From Flexilinea sp. (lineage in GTDB: Bacteria > Chloroflexota > Anaerolineae > Anaerolineales > Anaerolineaceae), in contig JAFRIR010000042.1 in NCBI GenBank assembly GCA_017432685.1, positions 15,249 through 39,248 on the forward strand: DNA of 24,000 nt. The letters are read 5' to 3'. Below are positions 8,801 through 15,900 of this stretch, piece after piece (position 1 is the first letter of the stretch; each line of letters begins with the position of its first letter). The notes beneath the pieces were generated by a model. The model saw nothing but the letters and a program-made list of their open reading frames with translations, made no database searches and was not told the DNA's origin. A program made the translations under genes and the position numbers.

Positions 8801-9133
8801 TTATTCTGCTTCCGGCGGGAATACATCCGTGATCCATTCAAGGCGATTCGCCATAATCCGCACGACAACTGTATGAACAAGGGCATCCGTGATTTCCGTC
8901 GCATTCTTCACGTCATCGTCGGAGACAAATAGTCCGGTGACAATGCGGATGGTATAGCTCGGGTCTTCCAGAATCATTCGAATTGCACGGCGGGACTGCT
9001 GCCGCAGCGTTTCTCCCTCGATGTTTTCCACACCGACGGAAGCCCAGTACCCCGCCCAATCGAGCAGTTCGATGGCAATCATCTGGTGTAATTCACCACT
9101 GTCATATAAATTCCAACGTTCCTGATTTGTCAT
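8801..9133 (-). CDS. Hypothetical protein, 110 aa (between the fibre genes)
   Basis: The ORF has a strong RBS (GGAGGAAAA-ATG) and is tightly packed with its neighbours. I recognise no family. Confidence 0.6.
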   Translation of the reverse strand: MTNQERWNLYDSGELHQMIAIELLDWAGYWASVGVENIEGETLRQQSRRAIRMILEDPSYTIRIVTGLFVSDDDVKNATEITDALVHTVVVRIMANRLEWITDVFPPEAE

Positions 9134-9157
9134 TTTTCCTCCAATTTGTTTATTTGT

Positions 9158-9994
9158 TTACAGTTGATTCATTGCCGTACATACTTCTTTGTGCTGAGCA
9201 GCAGTCAATGAGACGCTGTAAAAGGCAGCAGCTATAAGTGTCACATACGAATCTTTAGCTAATGTTTTTCTATCAAGTTGACCTGTAGCCCATTCATCCC
9301 AATTTGAGCGGGCTGAAGTTGTTGTTGCAGCATTCCCATTAATATAAAAAGTGGAATCACTAAATCCCACAACACCGCTTGCGCCGACTGCGGTACCAGA
9401 TCGGTAGTAGAAACGGTAACCACCATCTGCCCAATTTCCATCCCAACTATATATCAGAACTGGATTATTACTTGTTATAATATCTCTTCCCTCGCCGCTG
9501 GCAAATCCATCCAGGTCTAATACTGAACTAAGATATCGATTATAGGATGATCCACCCGGCCACGCTAAATTACAAGTACCGCTTGTTGGCCCACCTGAAA
9601 AACGTACAATGATAGTATTTATAGATTGAGCATTTAGAGTGTCGTTATTTAAAGACCAGCCTAAATTTACATTAGAGTATTTAACTGCATATCCAGATGC
9701 TGCTGACCAACCGCTTGCGACATTATTTTTCGTCAGCGTATATCCATGCCCGCTTCTATCGGATAATGCTTCCGTTTCGCTTGCCGCTCCCTTGAATTGA
9801 TACGCCGCCAAACAGTTTGACGACGCCACGCCTGTCGGGAGCCAGAAATCCGAGCTGTACACCAGCCGTGCAACCCCATTGACCCCGACATAGGCTTTTT
9901 TGACCTTCCGCGCAACCCCGCTGACACCGACGTAGATGTTTTTTACCTGCCGCGCGACCCCTGAGACGCCGACATATGTTTTTGGTCCTGCCAT
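9158..9994 (-). CDS. Tail-associated protein, 278 aa, with an N-terminal triple YVGVxGVARxVKK repeat
   Basis: The RBS is AGGAGGATT-ATG. The N-terminus has three consecutive ~14-aa repeats (TYVGVSGVARQVKN / IYVGVSGVARKVKK / AYVGVNGVARLVYS). A beta-rich C-terminal domain follows that may be lectin or LamG-like, which is a guess. The gene sits between two fibre genes. Confidence 0.6.
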   Translation of the reverse strand: MAGPKTYVGVSGVARQVKNIYVGVSGVARKVKKAYVGVNGVARLVYSSDFWLPTGVASSNCLAAYQFKGAASETEALSDRSGHGYTLTKNNVASGWSAASGYAVKYSNVNLGWSLNNDTLNAQSINTIIVRFSGGPTSGTCNLAWPGGSSYNRYLSSVLDLDGFASGEGRDIITSNNPVLIYSWDGNWADGGYRFYYRSGTAVGASGVVGFSDSTFYINGNAATTTSARSNWDEWATGQLDRKTLAKDSYVTLIAAAFYSVSLTAAQHKEVCTAMNQL

Positions 9995-10005
9995 AATCCT
10001 CCTTA

Positions 10006-11673
10006 TTATGAATATACGAAATAAACAGCATTTGTTGTTAAAGCAGAAGTACCTGCTGTAAGGTCTGTAGTAGAAATGGAGTAATCAGGTTTTGTCGCAA
10101 TAGCTGTGATACCGCAAACTGTTTTTAAATTTGCCGGAGAAATTGCCTGTATTACCTGACTGAATCCATCGCAAGGTTGCCAAGCACATAAATAACTTGC
10201 AGTGGTTGCTTCACCTGACCATTTCAAGCCTAATGTATATGATGAATTCGTGGCATCTTTCACACTGTTATGTGTGTGGCTTGTTGCAGCCGCGCCGATA
10301 TTAGCCGGAGTGATCCCAAGATTCGTCCGTGCATTCGCGGCAGTCGTTGCTCCTGTACCGCCATTGGCAATGGCGACGGTTCCTGTTACATTGGCGGCAT
10401 TTCCGCTGATGCTACCAGAAGCCGTACCATTCCACGACCAAACATTATTAACGCATTTTAATTGCGCCGTACCACTTGATGAGCCATTTCTTGTGATATA
10501 AAAATTTCCGCTATTGTTGAAAATTCCCCATGAATTAGCAGATGTACCAGAATCCCCGGTGTTATCTGCTCCGCATAATACTACAGTACACCAGTTGTTG
10601 TACATGTGAATGCGTATTCCTTCATTGTAATTTCCACTGGTTGGATTGATATTTACTATACCGAATGATTTTGCATTAAGCGTTCCTGGAAAAGTCGTAT
10701 TTCCGCTCGCATCAAGCAGTGTCAGCGTTCTTGTGACTGTAGAATAAACACCTGTATATTGCCGGACGTATATCGGCTCCGTTCCATCATCCGCCGTCGC
10801 AATCTCCATCCACCCGGCATTATTTGCAGTAGCACCTACCGCAACCCGACCATAATCATTTGAACCGCCAACTAAACGTATCTGTCTTGTCCCGGTGTCA
10901 CCGTTAGTGCTGAACAGCAAATCTCCTGTCAACGTACCGCCGGATAAAGGAAGTGCGCCCAAATTAGACAATGCGCCAGCCGCAGTCGTTGCTCCAGTAC
11001 CACCATTTGCAACGGCGACAGTTCCTGTGACATTAGCTGCTTTACCGGAATAATTGCCTGCCGTATCAATATAATAATTATTTGTTGTATTATTTCCTGC
11101 ATCGATATTTGCTTTTGTGCCGTAAGCAAAGGCAAAACTTTCGTTATCGTAATTTCCAATGGCCCAACCACCGCCGGTTTTTGTCTGAAAAGCCACAGCG
11201 GGAATCCATTGGCTGGTATTTAAAGTACCTTTTTTTACATAAATCCCTGCTTGTGTACCGCCAGTCCCCGCAATCCAACTTGTACCGCTCCCAGGACTTG
11301 ATACAATTGATCCTGTCATTGTGTCCCCGGTTTTACTGACCTTCCCGCCTAACTTTGTATCCGTCTCCGATTCAGTGTAATATCTGTCATCATGCGTGTG
11401 TCCAGTATCGGATTTTCCACTGCTCAACGCATTGAGTCCGATGCTCAACGCCTGTAATATTTCACTGATAGTAACCGTCCTGACTTCCGTGCTATCCCAT
11501 GCACCTGAATCATGCGCTGATGTGAATTGATATAACACGCCATCCTTCAGAACATAGTCTCCAACGGCATATTCTTCTTCAGGCGAAAATTCATCCGCTA
11601 TCGATGCTCTTGCTTTGGAATCGGCAAAATCTCTGTATACTCCGTCCCGTAAAGTTTTTGATATATCCGCCAT
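10006..11673 (-). CDS. Phage tail fibre protein, 555 aa (paralogue of the large fibre)
   Basis: The RBS is GGGAAGGAAA. It shares several elements with the 1398-aa ORF: one YAVGDYVLKDGVLYQFTSAHDSGAWD repeat, GHTHDDRYYTESE, two NGGTGATTAA motifs and the C-terminal YSISTTDLTAGTSxL motif. Confidence 0.8.
   Translation of the reverse strand: MADISKTLRDGVYRDFADSKARASIADEFSPEEEYAVGDYVLKDGVLYQFTSAHDSGAWDSTEVRTVTISEILQALSIGLNALSSGKSDTGHTHDDRYYTESETDTKLGGKVSKTGDTMTGSIVSSPGSGTSWIAGTGGTQAGIYVKKGTLNTSQWIPAVAFQTKTGGGWAIGNYDNESFAFAYGTKANIDAGNNTTNNYYIDTAGNYSGKAANVTGTVAVANGGTGATTAAGALSNLGALPLSGGTLTGDLLFSTNGDTGTRQIRLVGGSNDYGRVAVGATANNAGWMEIATADDGTEPIYVRQYTGVYSTVTRTLTLLDASGNTTFPGTLNAKSFGIVNINPTSGNYNEGIRIHMYNNWCTVVLCGADNTGDSGTSANSWGIFNNSGNFYITRNGSSSGTAQLKCVNNVWSWNGTASGSISGNAANVTGTVAIANGGTGATTAANARTNLGITPANIGAAATSHTHNSVKDATNSSYTLGLKWSGEATTASYLCAWQPCDGFSQVIQAISPANLKTVCGITAIATKPDYSISTTDLTAGTSALTTNAVYFVYS
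10271..10404 (-). repeat. ~135-bp segment shared with the large fibre gene (direct repeat, copy 2)
   Basis: See 5351..5485. The two copies are in the same orientation and share a 31-bp identical core. Confidence 0.7.
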
Positions 11674-11743
11674 ATATATTTCCTTCCCGGAATATACAGG
11701 CGCACCCGGAGATGATGCGCCGATATATCCGTATATATATCTA

Positions 11744-11752
11744 ATTATACCA
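11744..11752 (-). promoter_or_regulatory. Candidate extended -10 (TGGTATAAT) upstream of the 555-aa fibre gene
   Basis: On the minus strand TGGTATAAT lies ~70 nt upstream of the ATG at 11673 and downstream of the terminator at 11825-11854. There is no convincing -35. Confidence 0.35.
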
Positions 11753-11824
11753 AGTAATCACTATATATAGTTGTGTATATATCGATTATCTTTTGATATT
11801 ATATATCTGTCTTTCTCATATTAA

Positions 11825-11854
11825 AGAAAAACTCCGCCTCATATATAGCGGAGT
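11825..11854 (-). terminator. Rho-independent terminator after the IS-disrupted small gene
   Basis: The minus strand reads ACTCCGC-TATATATGAG-GCGGAGT followed by TTTTTC. It lies 30 nt downstream of the stop codon at 11884. Confidence 0.6.
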
Positions 11855-11883
11855 CGTGTCAATTTTTGCTTTGTTGTTTTCTT

Positions 11884-12089
11884 CTATACCTCAAACCACT
11901 CGTACGCTTCTCTGGTTACCGTCCGGACCGCCCCATCCCGATTAATGCCGACCACGATATCGAGCAGTTTCCCATCGATCATCGTCTTTCCGCCGATAAA
12001 GATTTCCGTCACCGCCGGGGACGAAAACGCCCGCATCGCTGCATCGAACAGCCTTAGGGTATTGGACAGCCAGATTTCCGAGCCATCGA
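11884..12089 (-). pseudogene. 3' fragment of a small phage gene split by the TnpB element
   Basis: The open frame reads ...LDGSEIWLSNTLRLFDAAMRAFSSPAVTEIFIGGKTMIDGKLLDIVVGINRDGAVRTVTREAYEWFEV*. The start of the 93-aa ORF in the track (TTG at 12165) lies inside the IS right end and is probably an artefact. Confidence 0.5.
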
Positions 12090-12300
12090 GCTTGACGTAC
12101 CCACGAGCTAAAGCTCGATGGGATTCTTTGAAAGAAGGTTGGTATTTAAGTCTCCACCTAACCAAAGTAGGTCAGGCCACCCTTATTCTTTGAGGGCTCG
12201 CCAAAAGCCCAATACACAGTTTTTCGTAATCGAAATTCTGCTTGCTTTTCCGTAAGATATTGGCACTGCCGTTAATGTCGGCATTCATGATGGTGCCATT
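12070..12300 (-). ncRNA. Predicted omega (right-end) guide RNA region of the TnpB element
   Basis: This call is by analogy with characterised TnpB systems, where the omega RNA overlaps the tnpB 3' end and the RE and reads into ~16-20 nt of flank. It contains the RE hairpin at 12100-12122. The extent is not determinable from sequence alone. Confidence 0.3.
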
Positions 12301-13664
12301 TTGACTTTTATACAATCCGCGGTAAATCCGTCTTCCTTTGAACTCGCCTAAATAAGGCTGTTCCGGCAAATAGACAGGCAATACATCTAAGTCAAGAAAA
12401 CTACTTTTTGAAGTATAGGATTCTTCCTGCTCGATATATTCCATACCGTATTTATCGCAGAGGTATTCAAGCTGCTGGCGAAGATCACCGTGAGGAATTT
12501 GTACAAAATTCTGGTTGTTTATTTTGCCCATATCGGAATTTTGTTTAATTCCCGGATTATATCCAAACACGATTTTTCCAATATCATGCTCAATACAGTA
12601 GTTGATAATGTACCTTGCAGTTTTTCTGATAGCGTCCTTTACCTGATTATTCCGTTTCTCTGTGATTTTGTTGATACGTTCCGTTGTATTTAGCTTTTGC
12701 TTCATAGATATAGAGCGGAGACGTGCAACTTCTTTGTTCCATTGGTGATTGATTGATTTGAGTTTACGACCGTCCACTATGAACGACGTCCCAATGGTAG
12801 TAATGCAGGCTGCTATATTGTCCACGCCGGGATCTATCGACAAAATATTGTTTTTATTTAGATGTAAATCCTCCGATACAGTTTTATATACATACTGAAT
12901 TTTGAAAACTTTACCGTGATTGCAAGGGAGAATCCGAACCTCTTTGATGACTTTGTCCTTTAGACGTTCTGGAAAAGGAATCAAGATTTCCTTTAAATCT
13001 GGATGAGCTGACCGGAAGGCTCTGCTCATAGGTACTTGAAAATATCCGTCACTGATTGATATTGCATTTTGAGACATTATCAGAGTGAACATACCACCCT
13101 TTTTGTGATAGTGTGGAATTTTTACATCGTGATAGCTGTATTCCCCTTTTTTACATTTCTTCAACAATTTGAAAAATGATTTAAAACTTCGATCCACAAC
13201 CTTCAATGTCTGCTGTGCAACACCCGCTTGCAGTAACGAATAGTTTTCGTTGGTCTTGCACTCATGGTAATTGTTTTCGTAAGTAAGAAATTTTTTTGAA
13301 TTGAAATAGCACTGTCGGATATTATAGAGAGCAACATTGTACAGATTATTGGAGTAGCGGCACATTTCCCGTAAAGCTTCGTACTGTATTTTGCTGAGCC
13401 CACGGATCACGTTGCTTTGTACTGCAAATGCTGCCATTTTTACTACCTCCTTCCATTTTAATTATTATATATTATTATACATTATTATTTAAATATCATA
13501 TGTATTTACTGATTTATTTGCGTTTTTATTTAATTTGCAGTTATTTATTTATAGCTATACATGAAGTCACCAGTACAACTTTACAGCATTATATAGAAAA
13601 TCAAAAGCGATAATCAGCTTTCATCCTCGGAGCTAAAGCTCCAAGGTTTTCAGCTTATTCAGAT
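12090..13664 (-). mobile_element. IS200/IS605-family element carrying only tnpB (IS1341-type, no Y1 TnpA)
   Basis: tnpB is flanked by related imperfect hairpins with a GCTTTAGC core, at 13625-13646 (LE side) and 12100-12122 (RE side). The boundaries assume IS608-like geometry (~18-19 nt 5' of the LE hairpin, 10 nt 3' of the RE hairpin). With those boundaries the flanking ORF fragments join in frame. Uncertainty is +/-20 bp. Confidence 0.65.
12172..13437 (-). CDS. tnpB: TnpB (IS605 OrfB-family RNA-guided endonuclease), 421 aa
   Basis: It has an N-terminal HTH_OrfB-like region (YEALREMCRYSNNLYNVALYNIRQ). RuvC-I is LSIDPGVDNIAAC (D202), followed by EESYTSK, and RuvC-III is NADINGSANI (D387). 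Length and motif order are typical of the family. The RBS is GGAGGTAGTAAAA-ATG. Confidence 0.9.
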   Translation of the reverse strand: MAAFAVQSNVIRGLSKIQYEALREMCRYSNNLYNVALYNIRQCYFNSKKFLTYENNYHECKTNENYSLLQAGVAQQTLKVVDRSFKSFFKLLKKCKKGEYSYHDVKIPHYHKKGGMFTLIMSQNAISISDGYFQVPMSRAFRSAHPDLKEILIPFPERLKDKVIKEVRILPCNHGKVFKIQYVYKTVSEDLHLNKNNILSIDPGVDNIAACITTIGTSFIVDGRKLKSINHQWNKEVARLRSISMKQKLNTTERINKITEKRNNQVKDAIRKTARYIINYCIEHDIGKIVFGYNPGIKQNSDMGKINNQNFVQIPHGDLRQQLEYLCDKYGMEYIEQEESYTSKSSFLDLDVLPVYLPEQPYLGEFKGRRIYRGLYKSQNGTIMNADINGSANILRKSKQNFDYEKLCIGLLASPQRIRVA

Positions 13665-13755
13665 GATTACACTTAAATTTCCTTATAAACCCATCGTTTA
13701 TGACCTTCCAGAGATTCGCCTCGAGAACATTTGGGTCTGGATAAGTATTAGTCAT
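13665..13755 (-). pseudogene. 5' fragment of the small phage gene split by the TnpB element
   Basis: The ATG at 13755 is preceded by TAA-GGAGGGGATC, so it is translationally coupled to the 124-aa gene. It encodes MTNTYPDPNVLEANLWKVINDGFIRKFKCN, then runs into the IS left end and stops after 10 more codons. Confidence 0.5.
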
Positions 13756-13765
13756 GATCCCCTCC

Positions 13766-14140
13766 TTATGCGATGTAACGTTCGCCAGAAATGACATCGA
13801 CGATTTCAGTCCCTTCGCCGAATGCAGCCCGCATTTCTGCCCTTTCTTCTGCGCTCAGCTCATGACGGGTGTTGCGGTACTCTTCCAGGAACCGATCCGA
13901 CTGCTCTTTTTCAGCCCTGATTGTGGCATCTGCGTCGAAGAAGAAGGCACAGTGACTGAGCATCTGAACGCATTCCAGTGGGAGATAATGACCGTTTGAC
14001 GCCCAATATGCAGCGCAGTTCCCATCCAGAAGGATCTCACCATTATCGGCCCGCTCCTGCATGTCAGCGATTTCGCGCTCGGCGTTGCGCTTCCAGTATT
14101 CGCCCAAAACCCCACTTAATTCTTTCTCGAAACGTGTCAT
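13766..14140 (-). CDS. Hypothetical protein, 124 aa (moron-like unit)
   Basis: The RBS is AAAGGGAGGCTGAC-ATG. A canonical promoter lies upstream. I recognise no family. Confidence 0.7.
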   Translation of the reverse strand: MTRFEKELSGVLGEYWKRNAEREIADMQERADNGEILLDGNCAAYWASNGHYLPLECVQMLSHCAFFFDADATIRAEKEQSDRFLEEYRNTRHELSAEERAEMRAAFGEGTEIVDVISGERYIA

Positions 14141-14186
14141 GTCAGCCTCCCTTTATTTGTCAGTTTTTTCTGTTCAACTATATATT

Positions 14187-14214
14187 ATTATATTCATTGT
14201 TATTTATTTGTCAA
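14187..14214 (-). promoter_or_regulatory. Consensus sigma-A type promoter (TTGACA-16 nt-TATAAT)
   Basis: On the minus strand TTGACA occupies 14214-14209 and TATAAT occupies 14192-14187. The -10 lies ~45 nt upstream of the ATG at 14140. Confidence 0.6.
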
Positions 14215-14249
14215 TATATTTATGCTTTATTATTATTCTCAAAAATAAT

Positions 14250-14274
14250 AAAAAAGACCTGAGAATACCAGGTC
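14250..14274 (-). terminator. Rho-independent terminator
   Basis: The minus strand reads GACCUG-GUAUUCU-CAGGUC followed by UUUUUU. Confidence 0.55.
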
Positions 14275-14377
14275 ACAATATACAATCGACATCACAATAT
14301 AAATATACATGAATTTCATCATAGGATAGATTCTAACGGATTTTATTTTGTCAGGTGGACAACTTTACCCTCGATAA

Positions 14378-14419
14378 GAAAAACCCCCGAAAATCAACGC
14401 TGTGCACTCAATTTCGGGG
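14378..14419 (-). terminator. Rho-independent terminator after the DUF4406-like gene
   Basis: The minus strand reads CCCCGAAA-(19-nt loop)-UUUCGGGG followed by G UUUUU. It starts 8 nt after the stop codon at 14427. The long loop lowers confidence. Confidence 0.5.
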
Positions 14420-14426
14420 TCTCCTG

Positions 14427-14741
14427 TCAGTCCTCATACAGCACATGCAATCCGTATGACTTCGCGACGAAATGTTCTGCCTGGCATCCCCGCGATTTGT
14501 TCCATCCCCGGCAGAAATACACCGTATCGCATTTGGACATTGTGCGGAGGGAGTTACTCAGATAGTAGATCCCGGTATTCTGTACGCCGATTTTTTCAGG
14601 GTCGATACTATGCGCCTCGAACAGCGTATCATCTACGGTGTAGCCGTTGTCAATAAGCCACCGCTTGGCTTTCCCCCTGACCGCAAGGATTTCTATTGTG
14701 CTAATCCCGTTCATCGGATGACAAATCATCGCCCGTTTCAT
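14427..14741 (-). CDS. DUF4406-like (nucleoside 2-deoxyribosyltransferase-fold) protein, 104 aa
   Basis: The C-terminal pattern CDTVYFCRGWNKSRGCQAEHFVAKSYGLHV matches the family hallmark xD-x-hhhhxGWxxSxGxxxExxxAxxxGhxV as I remember it. It overlaps the Gp15-like gene by 41 nt, so the true start may be an internal Met. Confidence 0.55.
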   Translation of the reverse strand: MKRAMICHPMNGISTIEILAVRGKAKRWLIDNGYTVDDTLFEAHSIDPEKIGVQNTGIYYLSNSLRTMSKCDTVYFCRGWNKSRGCQAEHFVAKSYGLHVLYED

Positions 14742-15405
14742 TGTTTTCCCCCTGACTCTTTCGTTTGTCTTTGCTTTTTCTGCTCAGATTTACCAGTGCG
14801 TTCTTCAGATTGTCTTCCTGCTTCTGCAGCTTTTCACTCTTTGGCAGCGCAAAATCCTTTTGCAATTTCTGCACCCGGTTCCTCTCCTCTTTCGGCATTT
14901 TCCCTGTCGTCTTTGCCTGCCGCGCCCCGACCACGAAATTTACCGATGTTGTATCCGACATCATCAGCCCTTCAAACAGGGTCAGGAACTCCCACCAGTG
15001 CATATACTCGATCTCCCACAGCCGGATATGGTAGAAAGACGCGAAGGAGCAGTAAATATAAGCGGAATCGTACACAAAATCAAAGGACGGCGGTTTTGGA
15101 TGTTCCTTGTCCCGTTCCTTTCGCTTTTTGGATGCGTCATTATCCACCTTGGGATATCCGCTGTAAAACTGCGCAACGGAATCAAGAAAGTCATCAGCCA
15201 GGATGTTCCCTTTCGGGTTTTCCTTTACCACAAGATCATACAATTCCAGAAATATTTTTGTCCGGTCTTCATCGGTTGCGACAGAAAACTCTTCCAGGAG
15301 ATACCCGGCTTTCATCCATGTGCGGAAATCCGTGTAGACATCATAAGGGATGCCGTCTACCACAATGGTATCGGGCATCCCGTCCAAAAGGATATTCTTA
15401 ACCAC
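14701..15405 (-). CDS. Phage_Gp15-family protein (tail assembly, normally adjacent to the TMP), 234 aa
   Basis: The N-terminus IVVDGIPYDVYTDFRTWMKAGYLLEE resembles the Gp15 signature (G-x-x-Y-x-h-x-TDFR). The C-terminal tail is Lys/Glu-rich. It has a GTG start with no clear SD; an alternative ATG lies 9 codons in. The stop is TAG. Confidence 0.6.
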   Translation of the reverse strand: MVKNILLDGMPDTIVVDGIPYDVYTDFRTWMKAGYLLEEFSVATDEDRTKIFLELYDLVVKENPKGNILADDFLDSVAQFYSGYPKVDNDASKKRKERDKEHPKPPSFDFVYDSAYIYCSFASFYHIRLWEIEYMHWWEFLTLFEGLMMSDTTSVNFVVGARQAKTTGKMPKEERNRVQKLQKDFALPKSEKLQKQEDNLKNALVNLSRKSKDKRKSQGENNETGDDLSSDERD

Positions 15406-15415
15406 AGCTTATAAC

Positions 15416-15817
15416 TTATCGGCGTTTCTTGCCGACCTGATTGGAACGGTCGATCATATCGATCACGGGCTTGGAACGCTGGGCCAGATTGTCCAGCTTT
15501 TGCAGCGTGTCGTTATATTCCTTATCCCGCATCTCCTGGTATTCCGTCTGATAGGCATTGTCCACGCCCTTGGCAATATAGTACATACGGTTCAGATTCT
15601 CCTTGTCGCGGTCATTCGGGAAGATCTGTTTCACCGCATCTTCACCGAGCAGGATTCTCACGATGTTGTAGCTGGCATCATATGAATCCATATGCTCGAT
15701 GTTATCATTGTGGGTCTGAAGCGCATCGTCCACAGCCTGGGAACGTTCGGCGATTTCATATTCTTCCCCGTCGATCCGCACGGAGACTTTTTTCGGCTTG
15801 TACGTCAAATCAATCAT
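15416..15817 (-). CDS. Putative tail assembly chaperone, 133 aa
   Basis: The RBS is GGAGGAAATAC-ATG. The call rests on size, acidic composition and position directly upstream of the Gp15-like gene, so it is mainly positional. Confidence 0.45.
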   Translation of the reverse strand: MIDLTYKPKKVSVRIDGEEYEIAERSQAVDDALQTHNDNIEHMDSYDASYNIVRILLGEDAVKQIFPNDRDKENLNRMYYIAKGVDNAYQTEYQEMRDKEYNDTLQKLDNLAQRSKPVIDMIDRSNQVGKKRR

Positions 15818-15840
15818 GTATTTCCTCCATATAGTTAAAC

Positions 15841-15875
15841 AAAAAAAAGACAGTTAGGATAATAACTGCCTTCTT
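15841..15875 (-). terminator. Rho-independent terminator hairpin, cassette B
   Basis: The minus-strand RNA reads (AAGA)AGGCAGUUA-UUAUCC-UAACUGUCU(UUUU) followed by a run of U. G.U pairs form only on the minus strand. It lies 33 nt after the regulator's stop and 25-60 nt before the ATG at 15817. Confidence 0.6.
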
Positions 15876-15891
15876 AGGGTCTCTGCTATGT

Positions 15892-15900
15892 ATTATATCA
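15892..15900 (-). promoter_or_regulatory. Candidate extended -10 (TGATATAAT), cassette B
   Basis: The 11-mer ATGATATAATA is identical to that in cassette A. It lies 9 nt upstream of the conserved box AGACCCTAAGAAGGC (15882-15868). There is no good -35. Confidence 0.35.

Noticed and set aside
4562-11673. A diversity-generating retroelement acting on the fibre C-termini.
   Set aside because: There is no reverse transcriptase ORF in the window. The repeated fibre segments differ at all base types rather than specifically at adenines. The two C-terminal regions are similar only at protein level, so no TR/VR pair is evident.
4562-11673. An invertible or shufflon-type fibre switch (Gin/Cin/Rci-like).
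   Set aside because: Both fibre genes and all shared DNA blocks are in direct orientation. I found no inverted crossover sites, and no serine or tyrosine recombinase gene is present in the window.
12090-12165. The 93-aa ORF start (TTG 12165) as a genuine gene start.
   Set aside because: This portion (MVRWRLKYQPSFKESHRALARGYVK) is read from the IS right-end and omega-RNA scaffold sequence. The real gene is the fragment downstream of the insertion point.
14472-15414. The plus-strand ORFs of 309, 184 and 89 aa opposite the Gp15-like gene.
   Set aside because: These are antisense shadows with Pro/Ser/Arg-rich translations. The minus-strand gene has family-like motifs and fits the operon.
15403-15430. 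A programmed -1 frameshift joining the chaperone-like and Gp15-like ORFs (G/GT style).
   Set aside because: There is no slippery heptamer in the 12-nt overlap region (…GGCAAGAAACGCCGATAA…). The Gp15 frame has a TAA two codons upstream of its GTG start, so it looks like a separate and possibly coupled initiation.
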